Shown: piece after piece, positions 1-9,661 of the stretch
How the letters are laid out: every line of letters begins with the position of its first letter
How positions within the stretch are numbered: the stretch's first letter is position 1
Assembly: GCA_963740085.1 (NCBI GenBank)
Contig: CAVUCU010000001.1
Span: 608,001-672,000, forward strand
DNA length: 64,000 bases
Direction of reading: 5' to 3'
Source: Nitrospirota bacterium
GTDB lineage: Bacteria; Nitrospirota; UBA9217
Notes under the pieces: model-generated
Seen by the model: only the letters and a program-made list of their open reading frames with translations
Told to the model about the DNA's origin: nothing
Databases searched by the model: none
Program-made: the position numbers and the translations under genes

Positions 1-5
1 CAGCC

Positions 6-575
6 ATGCTTATCGCGAGCACCACGGTCACGGCTGCAACGAATTTTGAGAAAGCGACCTTCGCAGGCGGATGCTTCTGGTGCATGGAGCACCCCTTCGA
101 CGAAATTCCCGGTGTGGTGTCGGTCACCTCGGGCTATACCGGCGGACAGAAAAAAAATCCCACCTATGAAGAGGTCTCGGCCGGTGGGACGGGACACGCT
201 GAGTCCGTTCAGATCGTTTATGACCCTTCACGAGTGACCTACGAAAAGCTCCTTGAAGTTTTCTGGCACAACATTGACCCGACTGTCAAGGACCGGCAGT
301 TCTGCGATACCGGGCATCAGTATCGCAGCGCCATCTTTTATCATAATGAAGAACAGCACCGGTTGGCGCTGCAGTCGAAGGCCCTCCTGGAGAAGAGCAA
401 GCCCTTCAAAGAACCAATCGTAACCGAGATCGTGCCGGCCACCGAGTTCTACCCTGCCGAGGATTATCACCAGCACTATTACAAGAAGAACCCGATCCGG
501 TACAAATTCTACCGCAGCCGGTGCGGTCGGGACAATCGTCTTAAGGAGCTGTGGGGCAGTGCGGCAGGGCATTGA
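6..575 (+). CDS. msrA: Peptide methionine sulfoxide reductase MsrA (true start may lie upstream of the window)
   Basis: FAGGCFWC catalytic motif, GYTGG, TGHAE, AEDYHQHYY. Confidence 0.95.
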   Translation: MLIASTTVTAATNFEKATFAGGCFWCMEHPFDEIPGVVSVTSGYTGGQKKNPTYEEVSAGGTGHAESVQIVYDPSRVTYEKLLEVFWHNIDPTVKDRQFCDTGHQYRSAIFYHNEEQHRLALQSKALLEKSKPFKEPIVTEIVPATEFYPAEDYHQHYYKKNPIRYKFYRSRCGRDNRLKELWGSAAGH

Positions 576-653
576 CGAGGGGTTGAAGATCAGGAGCCAG
601 GGCTCGGAGTGCTGAATATCGAGTCTATCGTAACGGAGTCTATAGTAGTGTCC

Positions 654-669
654 TTAGGGTCACCCATTT
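654..669. repeat. 16-bp direct repeat, copy 1 (ttagggtcacccattt); copy 2 at 3841-3856
   Basis: Exact 16/16 match read directly; the pair brackets the RAYT pseudogene and HD-GYP gene. Confidence 0.7.
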
Positions 670-1056
670 AAAGGATATTGTCAAGGGCACAGTACTCTCC
701 CCTGATGAGAAACGACTCTCATTGAGTTTTTTCGTTATCTTCATCTTCACCATTGCCGCAGTTTCATTCGGTTTCGGTGTCAGTCTCTACTGCACCAGTC
801 ACCCCTCAGGATTAAGGTCATGATGGTGAAGCATTGATCCATTGACCCTTTCCGCCTCATGGCGGACCAGAAAATCTTCGGTTAAGGCCGTGTCCAAATG
901 TTTGTTCAGGTCTAGTGGTTGTTAGCCAGCCCCAAGATGGCTCACGGCATGGGCAAAAGATGCTGATAACGTTATAGCGCTCGAACGCTTGTTGTAAGTA
1001 TACCAGTGTTAGATCTTTCAGGCATGTCGGGTAGGTGCCCTTTATATGATTATCAA

Positions 1057-1075
1057 GTCTTGCGACTTGACATTT
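1057..1075. repeat. Imperfect inverted repeat flanking the RAYT (partner at 1944-1962)
   Basis: Reverse complement aaatgtcaagtcgcaagac vs aaatgccaaaccgcaagac, 16/19 identical. Confidence 0.55.
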
Positions 1076-1926
1076 AGCGTTCACCCTTCGCAATCCTGCT
1101 GACTGTAGAGTAATGAAGACCTAGATGATCAGCAATCTCACTCTACAGATTACCATACTGTTCCACCGCCTTGACGATCGCACCCCGCCTCTTCCCCGGA
1201 TTCATCCGTACCTTCGAACTGAAGAGCTTCTCCAGCGACGGACGATTCGAATATCGCTGGCTCCGGGGAATGCTCAGGAATATCCTTGTGCTTTTTGAGA
1301 TGGTCGACGAGCTTATCAACGAAGCCTTCCTCCCCCAGAAGAGCCTGACCCCTTACCTCGGCCCAGATGGAATTCTGCCCGATCCCCGATTGAACGAACG
1401 TTCGGTACTCTTGCTCCGCCTTACCCCGTTTCCGGCTGAACTGGCCCAGCACCCAGTCTGTAGTCAGGCACAAATGGGGCTTTGCTTTGCCCGCAGTAGC
1501 CAGGTAACTTGACCATTTCCATTCCTCCGGCTTCTCGACCATCCTGGCCCGCACGGGATTCAGGACGACGTACCGGCAAACCTCCAGGAGATGACTGTCT
1601 TTCTGGATCAAGATGGCCTTGTACCTGCCCTGAAAGAGATGGCCTGTCCTTCCATGCCATTTATTGAAGAGCTGGGTATAGACACCGTTCAACTACCGCA
1701 TGCCGAGGGACAGATTGCCGTCAGGGGTCTCAATGAGAAAGAGATAGTGGTTCGTCATGAGACAGTAGCCATGGCAAATCCAATTATAGCGTTTATTAAA
1801 GTGCTGGAGGGTGTTCAGGAAGTTTTCGCGGTCTGTGTCATCCTTGAAGACCGGCTTCTTCTCGTTTTCCCGAGAAGTGACATGATAAACTGCGCCGGGA
1901 TATTCTATGCGGAGGGGGCGAGAGAT
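1074..1926 (-). pseudogene. Decayed REP-associated tyrosine transposase (RAYT, HUH/Y1 family)
   Basis: SRPLRIEYPGAVYHVTSR...YCLMTNHY...GHLFQGRYK...YVVLNPVRA...WSSY motifs. Start codon reads ATC, in-frame TAG at 1693-1695, HUH reads NHYL, frameshift near 1270. Confidence 0.85.
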
Positions 1927-2156
1927 GAAGCAAAAGAGAACACAAATGCCAAACCGCAAGACAAAGCCTTCGTGTTACTGAACCGGGGATAATCTATATT
2001 CAAGGATTATAATATTGCAGATCCGGCCACCAGAACTAATCAAATAGTGCTTGCGTGCCACAAAAAGAGCGAAGGAACTTCCCCCGCTCTTTCTTTAGTT
2101 TTCCATAATACATTAATTCTTTATATTTCAGAACATTATGGCAATAACTATTTAAA

Positions 2157-2192
2157 TTGACATATCAAATTATTTAGGTTATTATTAACCTA
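2157..2192 (+). promoter_or_regulatory. sigma70 promoter with overlapping palindromic operator
   Basis: TTGACA-17 nt-TATTAT (2157-2185); TAGGTTA-N4-TAACCTA (2175-2192) covers the -10. Confidence 0.65.
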
Positions 2193-2254
2193 GAAATTAT
2201 TGTTTTTACCAATAAATTAATTCTAATCTGAGAATCGTCCAAGGAGGAGATAAC

Positions 2255-2329
2255 ATGATTGGAATATGCGGAGAAGATAAGAGAAAGAGTGGTAGCCATC
2301 ACATGAAAAGAAGCCTATCGCATGCATAG
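2255..2329 (+). CDS. Candidate 24-aa small ORF (MIGICGEDKRKSGSHHMKRSLSHA)
   Basis: Strong RBS AAGGAGGAG ahead of ATG, directly downstream of the promoter; no family recognised. Confidence 0.3.
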   Translation: MIGICGEDKRKSGSHHMKRSLSHA

Positions 2330-2389
2330 GTTAACTGAAAAATAGTAACAGTTATTTGCATCTACTTGATGTCGCATTGATATTCGTTA

Positions 2390-3781
2390 ATGAGAATAAC
2401 CCATATCGACATGCTCACTAAATTTAACAGCATCAGAGTCAAAATTACCGGCATGGTGCTCTTCCTGCTCATCATCTCCGCTGTTTCATTCTACACGACC
2501 ACCCTCACGATCATGAATCATTATCTCCTCAATGAGGTGCTCAAGAAATCCGAAGCGCTTTCGAAAAGTGCCGCGGCATCTGCGGGTTACAGTCTGCTCT
2601 CGAAGGACTTCCTCGGTCTTGACAATATGGTTTTCAAGATGCGCGAGTCAAATCGTGATATAGAGTCGGTAGCGATCGTGGGTCCCAATATGAAAATCAT
2701 AGCGCACAGCGATATAGACAAGGCCGGAAAGATATTGTCGTCCCCTCAGGGGCGATTACTCCTGCAAGGCGGTGACGGAACCACGGTAAAGGAATCAATG
2801 AGTTCGTCCGCTGCCGGTTTTGAAATCGTAAGCCCTATCGTCATATTCAATAAGCGGAAGGGTTCGGTCATCCTCAGCGTGAACAAATCGGCGGTGCAGG
2901 ATGCCCAGCATGCGGCGCGAAAGAAGATCATGGTGATCTTTACGGGAATTCTCCTGTTGGGCATTGCCGGCAGCGTGGTCCTTTCCTCGTTTTTGACAAA
3001 GCCGATTCAAGAGCTTTCCGATGGCATGGATGACCTCAAGGAAGGGAAAAAAAATCGGCGGCTCAAAATCTACTCGCATGACGAGTTCGGAAGATTGACT
3101 GCGAGCTTCAATGAAATGATGGTAGTCATAGACGAACAGAGCGGCAGGCTTCACAAATACGCCAAAGATCTGGAGGACTCTTATGTCTCCACGGTGAGAG
3201 TGCTTGCCGCGGCGATCGATGCAAGAGACCCCTATACCCACGGGCACTCAATGAGGGTTTCGAGGCTTTCTCTTCAACTCGGGAGGGAAATCGGCCTGAA
3301 CAATGTTTCACTGGAGGAACTCGAGGTCTCGTGCCTGTTCCATGATATTGGAAAGATCAAAACACCGGACGCGATCCTCCGGAAAAGAGACAAGCTGACC
3401 GTCTTGGAGTACAAGGAAATGATGCGCCATACCGAATATGGGGCTGCTATTCTCAGTAAAGCACCGTCGCTGCAAAAATACATACCACCGGTCAGACATC
3501 ACCACGAGTGGTTTAACGGCAAAGGATATCCCGATGGACTGAAGGGAGAGGAGATCCCCCTGTTTGCCGCCATCATCGCCATAACTGACACCTATGACGC
3601 GATGACGTCGAACAGACCCTATCGCGACGCCATTTCTGAAATGGGGACGCTGGAGGAGCTCATGAAGTGCGCCGGCAAGCAATTTAATCCCGACCTCGTG
3701 AAGGTCTTCACGAGGATCATGGATAAGCGGATTGCCGAGGAATTGCAAGAGGTGCAAGAGATGCAAGAGATGCGAGGGTAG
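2390..3781 (+). CDS. Membrane HAMP + HD-GYP cyclic-dinucleotide phosphodiesterase
   Basis: Two TM helices, HAMP (DEFGRL), DARDPYTHGHS, HDIGK, HHHEWFNGKGYPDG. Confidence 0.9.
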   Translation: MRITHIDMLTKFNSIRVKITGMVLFLLIISAVSFYTTTLTIMNHYLLNEVLKKSEALSKSAAASAGYSLLSKDFLGLDNMVFKMRESNRDIESVAIVGPNMKIIAHSDIDKAGKILSSPQGRLLLQGGDGTTVKESMSSSAAGFEIVSPIVIFNKRKGSVILSVNKSAVQDAQHAARKKIMVIFTGILLLGIAGSVVLSSFLTKPIQELSDGMDDLKEGKKNRRLKIYSHDEFGRLTASFNEMMVVIDEQSGRLHKYAKDLEDSYVSTVRVLAAAIDARDPYTHGHSMRVSRLSLQLGREIGLNNVSLEELEVSCLFHDIGKIKTPDAILRKRDKLTVLEYKEMMRHTEYGAAILSKAPSLQKYIPPVRHHHEWFNGKGYPDGLKGEEIPLFAAIIAITDTYDAMTSNRPYRDAISEMGTLEELMKCAGKQFNPDLVKVFTRIMDKRIAEELQEVQEMQEMRG

Positions 3782-3840
3782 ACGAACATGCAGCATCTTT
3801 CCCGAGGAAAAATAACAACTCACCATGCGGCCTTAGAACA

Positions 3841-3856
3841 TTAGGGTCACCCATTT
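3841..3856. repeat. 16-bp direct repeat, copy 2
   Basis: Identical to 654-669. Confidence 0.7.
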
Positions 3857-4032
3857 GATGCAAAGAAATTTATCTATAACAAATACAGGAATAACTGTTT
3901 GACTAAACAATTTTATCACATGTACATATTTCATTCAGTATTTATTTAGCAACAAGGGTTATTTTTTGTGTACTTTTTGAAAAGTATTCTCACCATAGCG
4001 CAGAATGTCGCGGGTCGGCAACAGCCACCGAC

Positions 4033-4065
4033 AAAAAAAAGGGGGCCGGTTATTCACCGGTCCCC
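4033..4065 (-). terminator. Intrinsic terminator ending the dsr cluster/ferredoxin
   Basis: gggggccggt-tattc-accggtcccc stem followed by T8 on the minus strand. Confidence 0.8.
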
Positions 4066-4092
4066 TGCTCAATTGATTTGCTGCTGATACTG

Positions 4093-4278
4093 CTATATCT
4101 CCGTGACGGTAATTGCCTGCTGCGGGCAGTTCTCAACGCAGGTCAGGCAGCTGATGCACTCGGACATGTTCTCCGGCTCGGACTTTTCGCTTGCCATCTT
4201 GAACACGCCCTGGGGGCATACGTTCACGCAGGCGCCGTCGCCGTCGCACTTTGCCTTGTCCACTGTTACCATATACAT
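4093..4278 (-). CDS. Dicluster ferredoxin, 7Fe type (61 aa), copy 1
   Basis: CDGDGACVNVCP (Asp replaces second Cys) and CISCLTCVENCP; RBS GAAGGAGG supports start at 4278. Confidence 0.9.
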   Translation of the reverse strand: MYMVTVDKAKCDGDGACVNVCPQGVFKMASEKSEPENMSECISCLTCVENCPQQAITVTEI

Positions 4279-4369
4279 GTGTCTGTTTTCCTCCTTCGAC
4301 AAAAATATGAATCCATCCAGCGAAGTGACATATTACCACTCCGAAGTTTAAAATCAAGTGAGAAATAAG

Positions 4370-4403
4370 AAAAAAGGGGCCCACCCTTGCGGTGTGGACC
4401 CTT
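4370..4403 (-). terminator. Terminator-like hairpin after dsrP
   Basis: Imperfect aagggg.ccac..gtgg.ccctt stem with T-run on the minus strand. Confidence 0.55.
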
Positions 4404-4425
4404 GTCAAGTAACTATCGGTTTTTA

Positions 4426-5598
4426 TTAATGCTCCAGCTCGATCCCCGCTGTTTCTTCCCTGACCGTGATCGCGATCTTGTAGAGCAGGGTCAGCACCAG
4501 GAACCCGATCGCCCAGATGCCGATGGTGATCAGGGTCTCCGGCTGAGTGGGCCAGTAGGGATGCACTTCCTCAAAGGGGTTCGGCACGAAACCGCCGATG
4601 ATCAGACCGAAACCCTTGTCGATCCAGAGGGAGACGAAGAGCATGATGCACGCAAGCGCCAGGGCCGCCTCGCTCTTCCGTATCTTCGGGACCCAGAGCA
4701 TGAACAGCGAAATCGCCGCAAAGATCGTTGAGACCCACATGAGCGGAACCAGTTCCGTATGCCCGTCAAGCCCGGAATACAGATAGAGTAAGGAACTCCT
4801 ATGACTGGGAATGCCGCTGTAGAATGCGGTGAAGAACTCCAGTCCCAGGAAAAAGACGTTCGCGAACATGGCATACGACACGATCTTGCCCACTGCCTGG
4901 ATGGCCTCCTTGCCTGCATCGAACTTGCTGATCTTCCGCACGATCAATGCCAGAATGATCAGGAGCGCCGGACCGGCGGCAAAGGCCGAGGCCAGGAACC
5001 GCGCTGCCATGATCGCGCTGAGCCAGAAATGACGCCCCGGGATACCGGCATAGAGAAATGCCGTGACCGTATGGATGCTGATCGCCCAGGGGATCGAGAG
5101 ATAGATGAAAAATTTTATCCACTTCGGCGGGGCAATCCCCTTCCGGTCGGAGCCGAGGGTGACCCAGCCGACCAGGAGGTTTATAAAGAGGTAACCGTTC
5201 AGCACGACCGTGTCCCAGAACACCATTGCGGTCGGCGTGGGGTGCAGAAATATGTTCATGACCCTCATGGGCTGTCCCATGTCCGACAGGATGAACAGCA
5301 TGCACATGACCACCGCCGAAATGGCGAGGAACTCACCAAGGATCACGATCTTCCCGAACGTCTTATAATCGTGCAGATAATAGGGTATCACGAGCATTAC
5401 GGCCGAGGCCGCAACGCCGACCAGGAACGTGAACTGACCGATATACAGGCCCCAGGTCACGTCCCGGTGCATGCCGGTGAGTCCCAATCCGTATGAGAAC
5501 TGATGGAGGTAGTTGATCACCCCAACCGTAGCCAGGACGCCGAGAAACAGGATCCATGCCCAGTATTTTTTACTTCCCACCAATGCCTTCTCAAGCAT
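4426..5598 (-). CDS. dsrP: DsrP, NrfD/PsrC-family membrane subunit
   Basis: About 10 TM helices, GLGLTGMHRDVTWGLYI, SIHTVTAFL; last gene of the MKJOP order. Confidence 0.93.
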   Translation of the reverse strand: MLEKALVGSKKYWAWILFLGVLATVGVINYLHQFSYGLGLTGMHRDVTWGLYIGQFTFLVGVAASAVMLVIPYYLHDYKTFGKIVILGEFLAISAVVMCMLFILSDMGQPMRVMNIFLHPTPTAMVFWDTVVLNGYLFINLLVGWVTLGSDRKGIAPPKWIKFFIYLSIPWAISIHTVTAFLYAGIPGRHFWLSAIMAARFLASAFAAGPALLIILALIVRKISKFDAGKEAIQAVGKIVSYAMFANVFFLGLEFFTAFYSGIPSHRSSLLYLYSGLDGHTELVPLMWVSTIFAAISLFMLWVPKIRKSEAALALACIMLFVSLWIDKGFGLIIGGFVPNPFEEVHPYWPTQPETLITIGIWAIGFLVLTLLYKIAITVREETAGIELEH

Positions 5599-6421
5599 GT
5601 TCGCTCCCTCCTACGATGTAATAAATCCCCGGGCCGGTACCCAGGTCGGATTTTCGCCGGATCGTGTACTGGTTCTCGACGATCTTCCGGACCTCGGAGT
5701 TGGGGTCTTCCAGATCGCCGAAGAGCAGGCCGCCTTTGGGCGCGGCTTCGACACATGCCGGCAGTTTCCCCACCGCAAGCCGCTCGGTGCAGAAGGTGCA
5801 TTTTTCCACCACGCCTATCGCCCGGGTCGGGTAGTGCCTGTTCATGGTCTCGGGCTTGATGGCCGGCCGGGGGTCCCTCCAGTTAAAGCTCCGGGCCCCG
5901 TAAGGACACGCAGCCATGCAGAAGCGGCATCCGATGCAGCGATGCTCGTCCTGCATGGTGATCCCGTCCGGGAGTTTGAAAGTCGCCTGCGTGGGGCAGA
6001 CCCGGACACAGGGGGGGTTGTCACAGTGGTTGCACGCGACGATGAACTTCATGTCCTTCACGTGCTCGCTCATGTACTTGTTTTCCTGGCCCGGGAACGC
6101 GTGTTCGTACGGCGCTGTCCAGATCCATTTTATCTCGTCCTTCTTGTTGACGGTGCCATCGGCGTTCCGGAAGTCGGGAACGTTGTGCGTCAGGTGGCAG
6201 GCATCAATGACCTTCTTGATGTCATCCTCGGTCTTGAACTTGCTCATATCCACGACCATGGCCCAGCGCTTCGCAAGCAGCGCTTCCTTGTTCTTGTCCA
6301 CCTGCTCCGGACCCAGACCTTTTACCCAGAGATTATGGGTGGCTGATGCAGCCGTTGCGCCGAGTCCCAGAACGGAGGAGATACCGGCTATTTTGAGGAA
6401 TTGTCTCCTGTCCATGCTCAT
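5591..6421 (-). CDS. dsrO: DsrO, periplasmic 4Fe-4S protein with Tat signal
   Basis: DRRQFLK Tat motif; CNHCDNPPCVRVCP, CIGCRFCMAACP, KCTFC; start at 6421 overlaps the dsrJ stop. Confidence 0.92.
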   Translation of the reverse strand: MSMDRRQFLKIAGISSVLGLGATAASATHNLWVKGLGPEQVDKNKEALLAKRWAMVVDMSKFKTEDDIKKVIDACHLTHNVPDFRNADGTVNKKDEIKWIWTAPYEHAFPGQENKYMSEHVKDMKFIVACNHCDNPPCVRVCPTQATFKLPDGITMQDEHRCIGCRFCMAACPYGARSFNWRDPRPAIKPETMNRHYPTRAIGVVEKCTFCTERLAVGKLPACVEAAPKGGLLFGDLEDPNSEVRKIVENQYTIRRKSDLGTGPGIYYIVGGSEHA

Positions 6422-6846
6422 GATTTGTTCTCCTCCTTTTCCACCGGTGCTATATGGCAGTTCCAGCAATACGGTTGAACCGCCATGTAGTTGTGACATT
6501 CGTCGCAGAATTTCTTTTTATTGGAATGGCAGACCATGCAGCCGTTCTGGATGCTCATGTTGAACCGTTTGTGGTTCGAGTTGCTCAGGTAACCCCGGTT
6601 GTCCTGACGCACCACCATATCCCGCCAGTCGTTCAGGAGCTGCATGTGGTCGGCCCGCATGAACTCTTTGGACTCCACGCACTCCTTCTTGCCATACTGT
6701 TTCTCCCATTCCTGGATCGCGGGCGTGTCCACCTTCGGGTCGGGCTTGGCATTCACCCTCCCGATATTGTAATAAAACGGGAAAGCCGCAATTGCCACGA
6801 ACACCAGGATCCCAATGAATATTTTACCGACGTCATAGAGTTTCAT
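6418..6846 (-). CDS. dsrJ: DsrJ triheme cytochrome c
   Basis: CVESKEFMRADHMQLL..WRD.VVR plus CMVCH, CDECH, CWNCH. Confidence 0.93.
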   Translation of the reverse strand: MKLYDVGKIFIGILVFVAIAAFPFYYNIGRVNAKPDPKVDTPAIQEWEKQYGKKECVESKEFMRADHMQLLNDWRDMVVRQDNRGYLSNSNHKRFNMSIQNGCMVCHSNKKKFCDECHNYMAVQPYCWNCHIAPVEKEENKS

Positions 6847-8465
6847 TAGGCTTTATCCTCCTTCGCTTCGACTCCTGGAAGAGGTTCACCGCGCATGTTG
6901 GTCGTTCTTTCCTTCTCGCCCGTCATGATCATGGCATTCGCCACGAGCTCATGAATGCCGGTCACCTTTACCCCCGGGACCCAGTAGTCCATGAGCGGCG
7001 GAAGCGTCGCACGGTCGATGGCGCAGATATTCGCAAGCATGTTCACCCCATAGTGTTCATGCACGAACTTGACGGCATTCGCGCGGGGGAAGCCGCCCTT
7101 CATGCGGAGGTCCAGGTCCTCCGAGGCGTTCAGACCGGAGCCGCTGCCGCAGCAGAAGGTCTTTTCTCTGATCGTGTCTTCCGGCATCTCATAAAAGTGG
7201 TTGCAGACCTTGTTAATGATATATCGCGGCTCCTCGAGGATGCCCATGCCGCGCGCCGTGTTACAGGAATCGTGGAACGTCACCTTGAGATTGTCGTTCC
7301 TCTTCGGGTCGAGCTTGAGTTTGTTGTTCCTGATCAGATCGGCGGTAAATTCAGCGACATGAACCATCTTCATGGACCTGGTATTTTCAAAGACCGTTCC
7401 GGTGATCGGCGATTTCGGGACTTCCAGAAAATCCGCCGGGCCGTTCCACGTGTCCATGTACTGGGTCAGAACGCGCCACATGTGTCCGCATTCCCCGCCG
7501 AGGATCCACTTCACGCCGAGCCGCTTGGCCTCCGCGTAGATCTTGGAATTGAGCCTTTTCGCCATCTCATTGGACGTGAAAAACCCGAAATTGCCGCCCT
7601 CGGAGGCGTATGTGCTCCACGTATAGTCGAGCCCCAGTTCTTCGAACAACATCATGTATCCCATTGCGGTATAGGTCCCCGGGTCGGCGAACAGGTCTCC
7701 TGAAGGAGTCACGAACAGGATCTCGGCGCCTTTCCGGTTGAACGTCGGCTTTATCTTTTTGCCGGTGATGGTCTCGATGTCGTCGAGCATATACTCGATA
7801 TTGCTCGTGATCGCATGGGGTTCGAGACCCAGGTGGTTCCCCTTCATGTAGCAGTTCGCCACCGGACCTGCGATCCATTCGATATTCAATCCCAGGAGAT
7901 TCAAAAGCTCACGGCCGATGATGGTTATCTCCGCCTGGTCGATGCCGTACGGGCAGAAGACCGAACAGCGTCGGCACTCGGTGCACTGGAAAAAGTAGTA
8001 CCACCACTCCTTCAGCACATCCAGCGTGAGCTCGCGCGCGCCGGCCATTTTGCCGAAGAGCTTGCCGGCAAGGGTGAATTCTTTTCTATAGACCGACCTG
8101 ATCAGCTCGGCCCTGAGCACCGGCATGTTCTTTGGGTCGCCCGTGCCGATAAAGAAGTGGCATTTGTCCGCGCATGCGCCGCAGCGCACGCAGATGTCCA
8201 TGAAGAGCCGGAACGACCGGTATTTTTCGAGCCGCTCGGCGATCCCCTTCAGCAGAATCTCTTTCCAGTCCGCGGGGAGCTTCCAGTCCGCGTCCATGGG
8301 TCTCCAGTCCCGCGGGTTCGGAAAGCTGATGGTCTCGAGGCTTTTCGGCTTCGCTCCATGACAGAACATCCCTTCTTTTAACACGACGGGCGTGTCCATC
8401 CACCCCGTCTTCGGCGGCGCGTAATCTATCTTCGACAGCTCTTCTGGCTTCGGAAGTTTTGCCAT
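6846..8465 (-). CDS. dsrK: DsrK, HdrD-like Fe-S catalytic subunit
   Basis: CVRCGACADKC, CTECRRCSVFCP, GECGH, HDSC, CCG domain. Confidence 0.95.
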   Translation of the reverse strand: MAKLPKPEELSKIDYAPPKTGWMDTPVVLKEGMFCHGAKPKSLETISFPNPRDWRPMDADWKLPADWKEILLKGIAERLEKYRSFRLFMDICVRCGACADKCHFFIGTGDPKNMPVLRAELIRSVYRKEFTLAGKLFGKMAGARELTLDVLKEWWYYFFQCTECRRCSVFCPYGIDQAEITIIGRELLNLLGLNIEWIAGPVANCYMKGNHLGLEPHAITSNIEYMLDDIETITGKKIKPTFNRKGAEILFVTPSGDLFADPGTYTAMGYMMLFEELGLDYTWSTYASEGGNFGFFTSNEMAKRLNSKIYAEAKRLGVKWILGGECGHMWRVLTQYMDTWNGPADFLEVPKSPITGTVFENTRSMKMVHVAEFTADLIRNNKLKLDPKRNDNLKVTFHDSCNTARGMGILEEPRYIINKVCNHFYEMPEDTIREKTFCCGSGSGLNASEDLDLRMKGGFPRANAVKFVHEHYGVNMLANICAIDRATLPPLMDYWVPGVKVTGIHELVANAMIMTGEKERTTNMRGEPLPGVEAKEDKA

Positions 8466-8467
8466 GA

Positions 8468-9466
8468 TTACTCCTTTTCTACCGGCAGGCCGGCTTTTTT
8501 CATTTTGTCCCTGAACTCGTCCTCATACTCGGCATAGGTGTGGACATGGACCGGATAGTTCCAGGGATTGATGTGCCTCTTCGCGCGGTTATTGTTCGCC
8601 AGATTGCGGGTTGGGCTCATGAAGACGCCTGCCATATGGACCAGCTTGCTGAACGGAAAATAGGCGAACAGGGTGCAGATGAGGAACAGGTGGATGTAGA
8701 AGATCGCCCCGATCTTTCCGAGCACGGTCGGGTCCGGCTTAAAGCTTACTAAGGACATGGTGATGATCTTGACGCTGATGATGTCCGTCTTATAGAAATA
8801 TCTCATGAGCACGCCGGTCAATGCAATGCCGAAGATGAGGAAGAGCGGGAAGTAATCTGCGATGAGCGAAATGTACCGTACCTGCGAAAGGGCCGCCCTC
8901 CTGATGAAAAGATAGGTGACCGCCGCCAGGAGCACTAGGTCGGTCAGGTACAAAAGCGGCGTTCCCACCTGGAGGAAGCTGTCCAGCGCCGAAATCGTCT
9001 GGATCGCCTCGGGCACCGGCGTCATAAAGAACCGCAGGTGTCTGATAAGAATGAGGAGGAATGAATAGTGGAATGCCATGCCTGCGAGCCAGAGCCACTT
9101 TGCCTCTCCGTAGGTGAGCCTGGCCCCGTCCTGCATTTGCGTTTTCAAGTTCCGGAAGAGCGATCGGAAGAAGAACACTTCCAGGGCCATCCTTCCGAGA
9201 ACACCGAGCATGCCCGAGGGATTTTCGAGCTTGCTCTGTTTGATCCAGGGAAGCGATTTCTGCTGTCCGCAGGTCGTGGGGATTCGGAACGGCACGGGTG
9301 AGCTGCCCCACTTCAGGACGCGGAAGATAATGCCGCCGATAAAGAGGAGGACCGCCAGATAGGGGATCACGATCCCGAAGACATACTGCGCGTTCAACAC
9401 CGTCACTCCCGCGTAGGCAATCAGTACAAGGAGCAGTACTGCGATGAAAGAAAATAAGGCTTTCAT
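8468..9466 (-). CDS. dsrM: DsrM, NarI-like membrane cytochrome b
   Basis: PVPFRIPTTCGQQKSL, FHYS..IRHLR, YFPFSKLVH, RHINPWN. Confidence 0.95.
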   Translation of the reverse strand: MKALFSFIAVLLLVLIAYAGVTVLNAQYVFGIVIPYLAVLLFIGGIIFRVLKWGSSPVPFRIPTTCGQQKSLPWIKQSKLENPSGMLGVLGRMALEVFFFRSLFRNLKTQMQDGARLTYGEAKWLWLAGMAFHYSFLLILIRHLRFFMTPVPEAIQTISALDSFLQVGTPLLYLTDLVLLAAVTYLFIRRAALSQVRYISLIADYFPLFLIFGIALTGVLMRYFYKTDIISVKIITMSLVSFKPDPTVLGKIGAIFYIHLFLICTLFAYFPFSKLVHMAGVFMSPTRNLANNNRAKRHINPWNYPVHVHTYAEYEDEFRDKMKKAGLPVEKE

Positions 9467-9661
9467 GTCGTTACCTCTCTTCGTTTAGTTACGTAATGTC
9501 AAAACCTTTCACCGCAGAGGACACAGAGAAAGGCTTAAATCTCAGGGTTAAATCCTAAAAATTGATTTTGATGTTGACACCTTCGCGACCTTCGTTTATG
9601 GCCGCGTTCTGGCGACAGCAGGCTACGCCTTCGCGGTTTGAGCGGACCTGCCTCATGGTTA

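Noticed and set aside
1693-1695. In-frame TAG in the RAYT as pyrrolysine or programmed read-through
   Set aside because: Other lesions (lost start, HUH mutation, frameshift) show simple decay
2044-2060. TGGCAC on the minus strand as a sigma54 promoter
   Set aside because: No TTGC at the -12 position
3742-3778. 9-bp tandem repeat (tgcaagag) at the HD-GYP 3' end
   Set aside because: Short in-frame low-complexity tail (LQEVQEMQEM); no evidence of function
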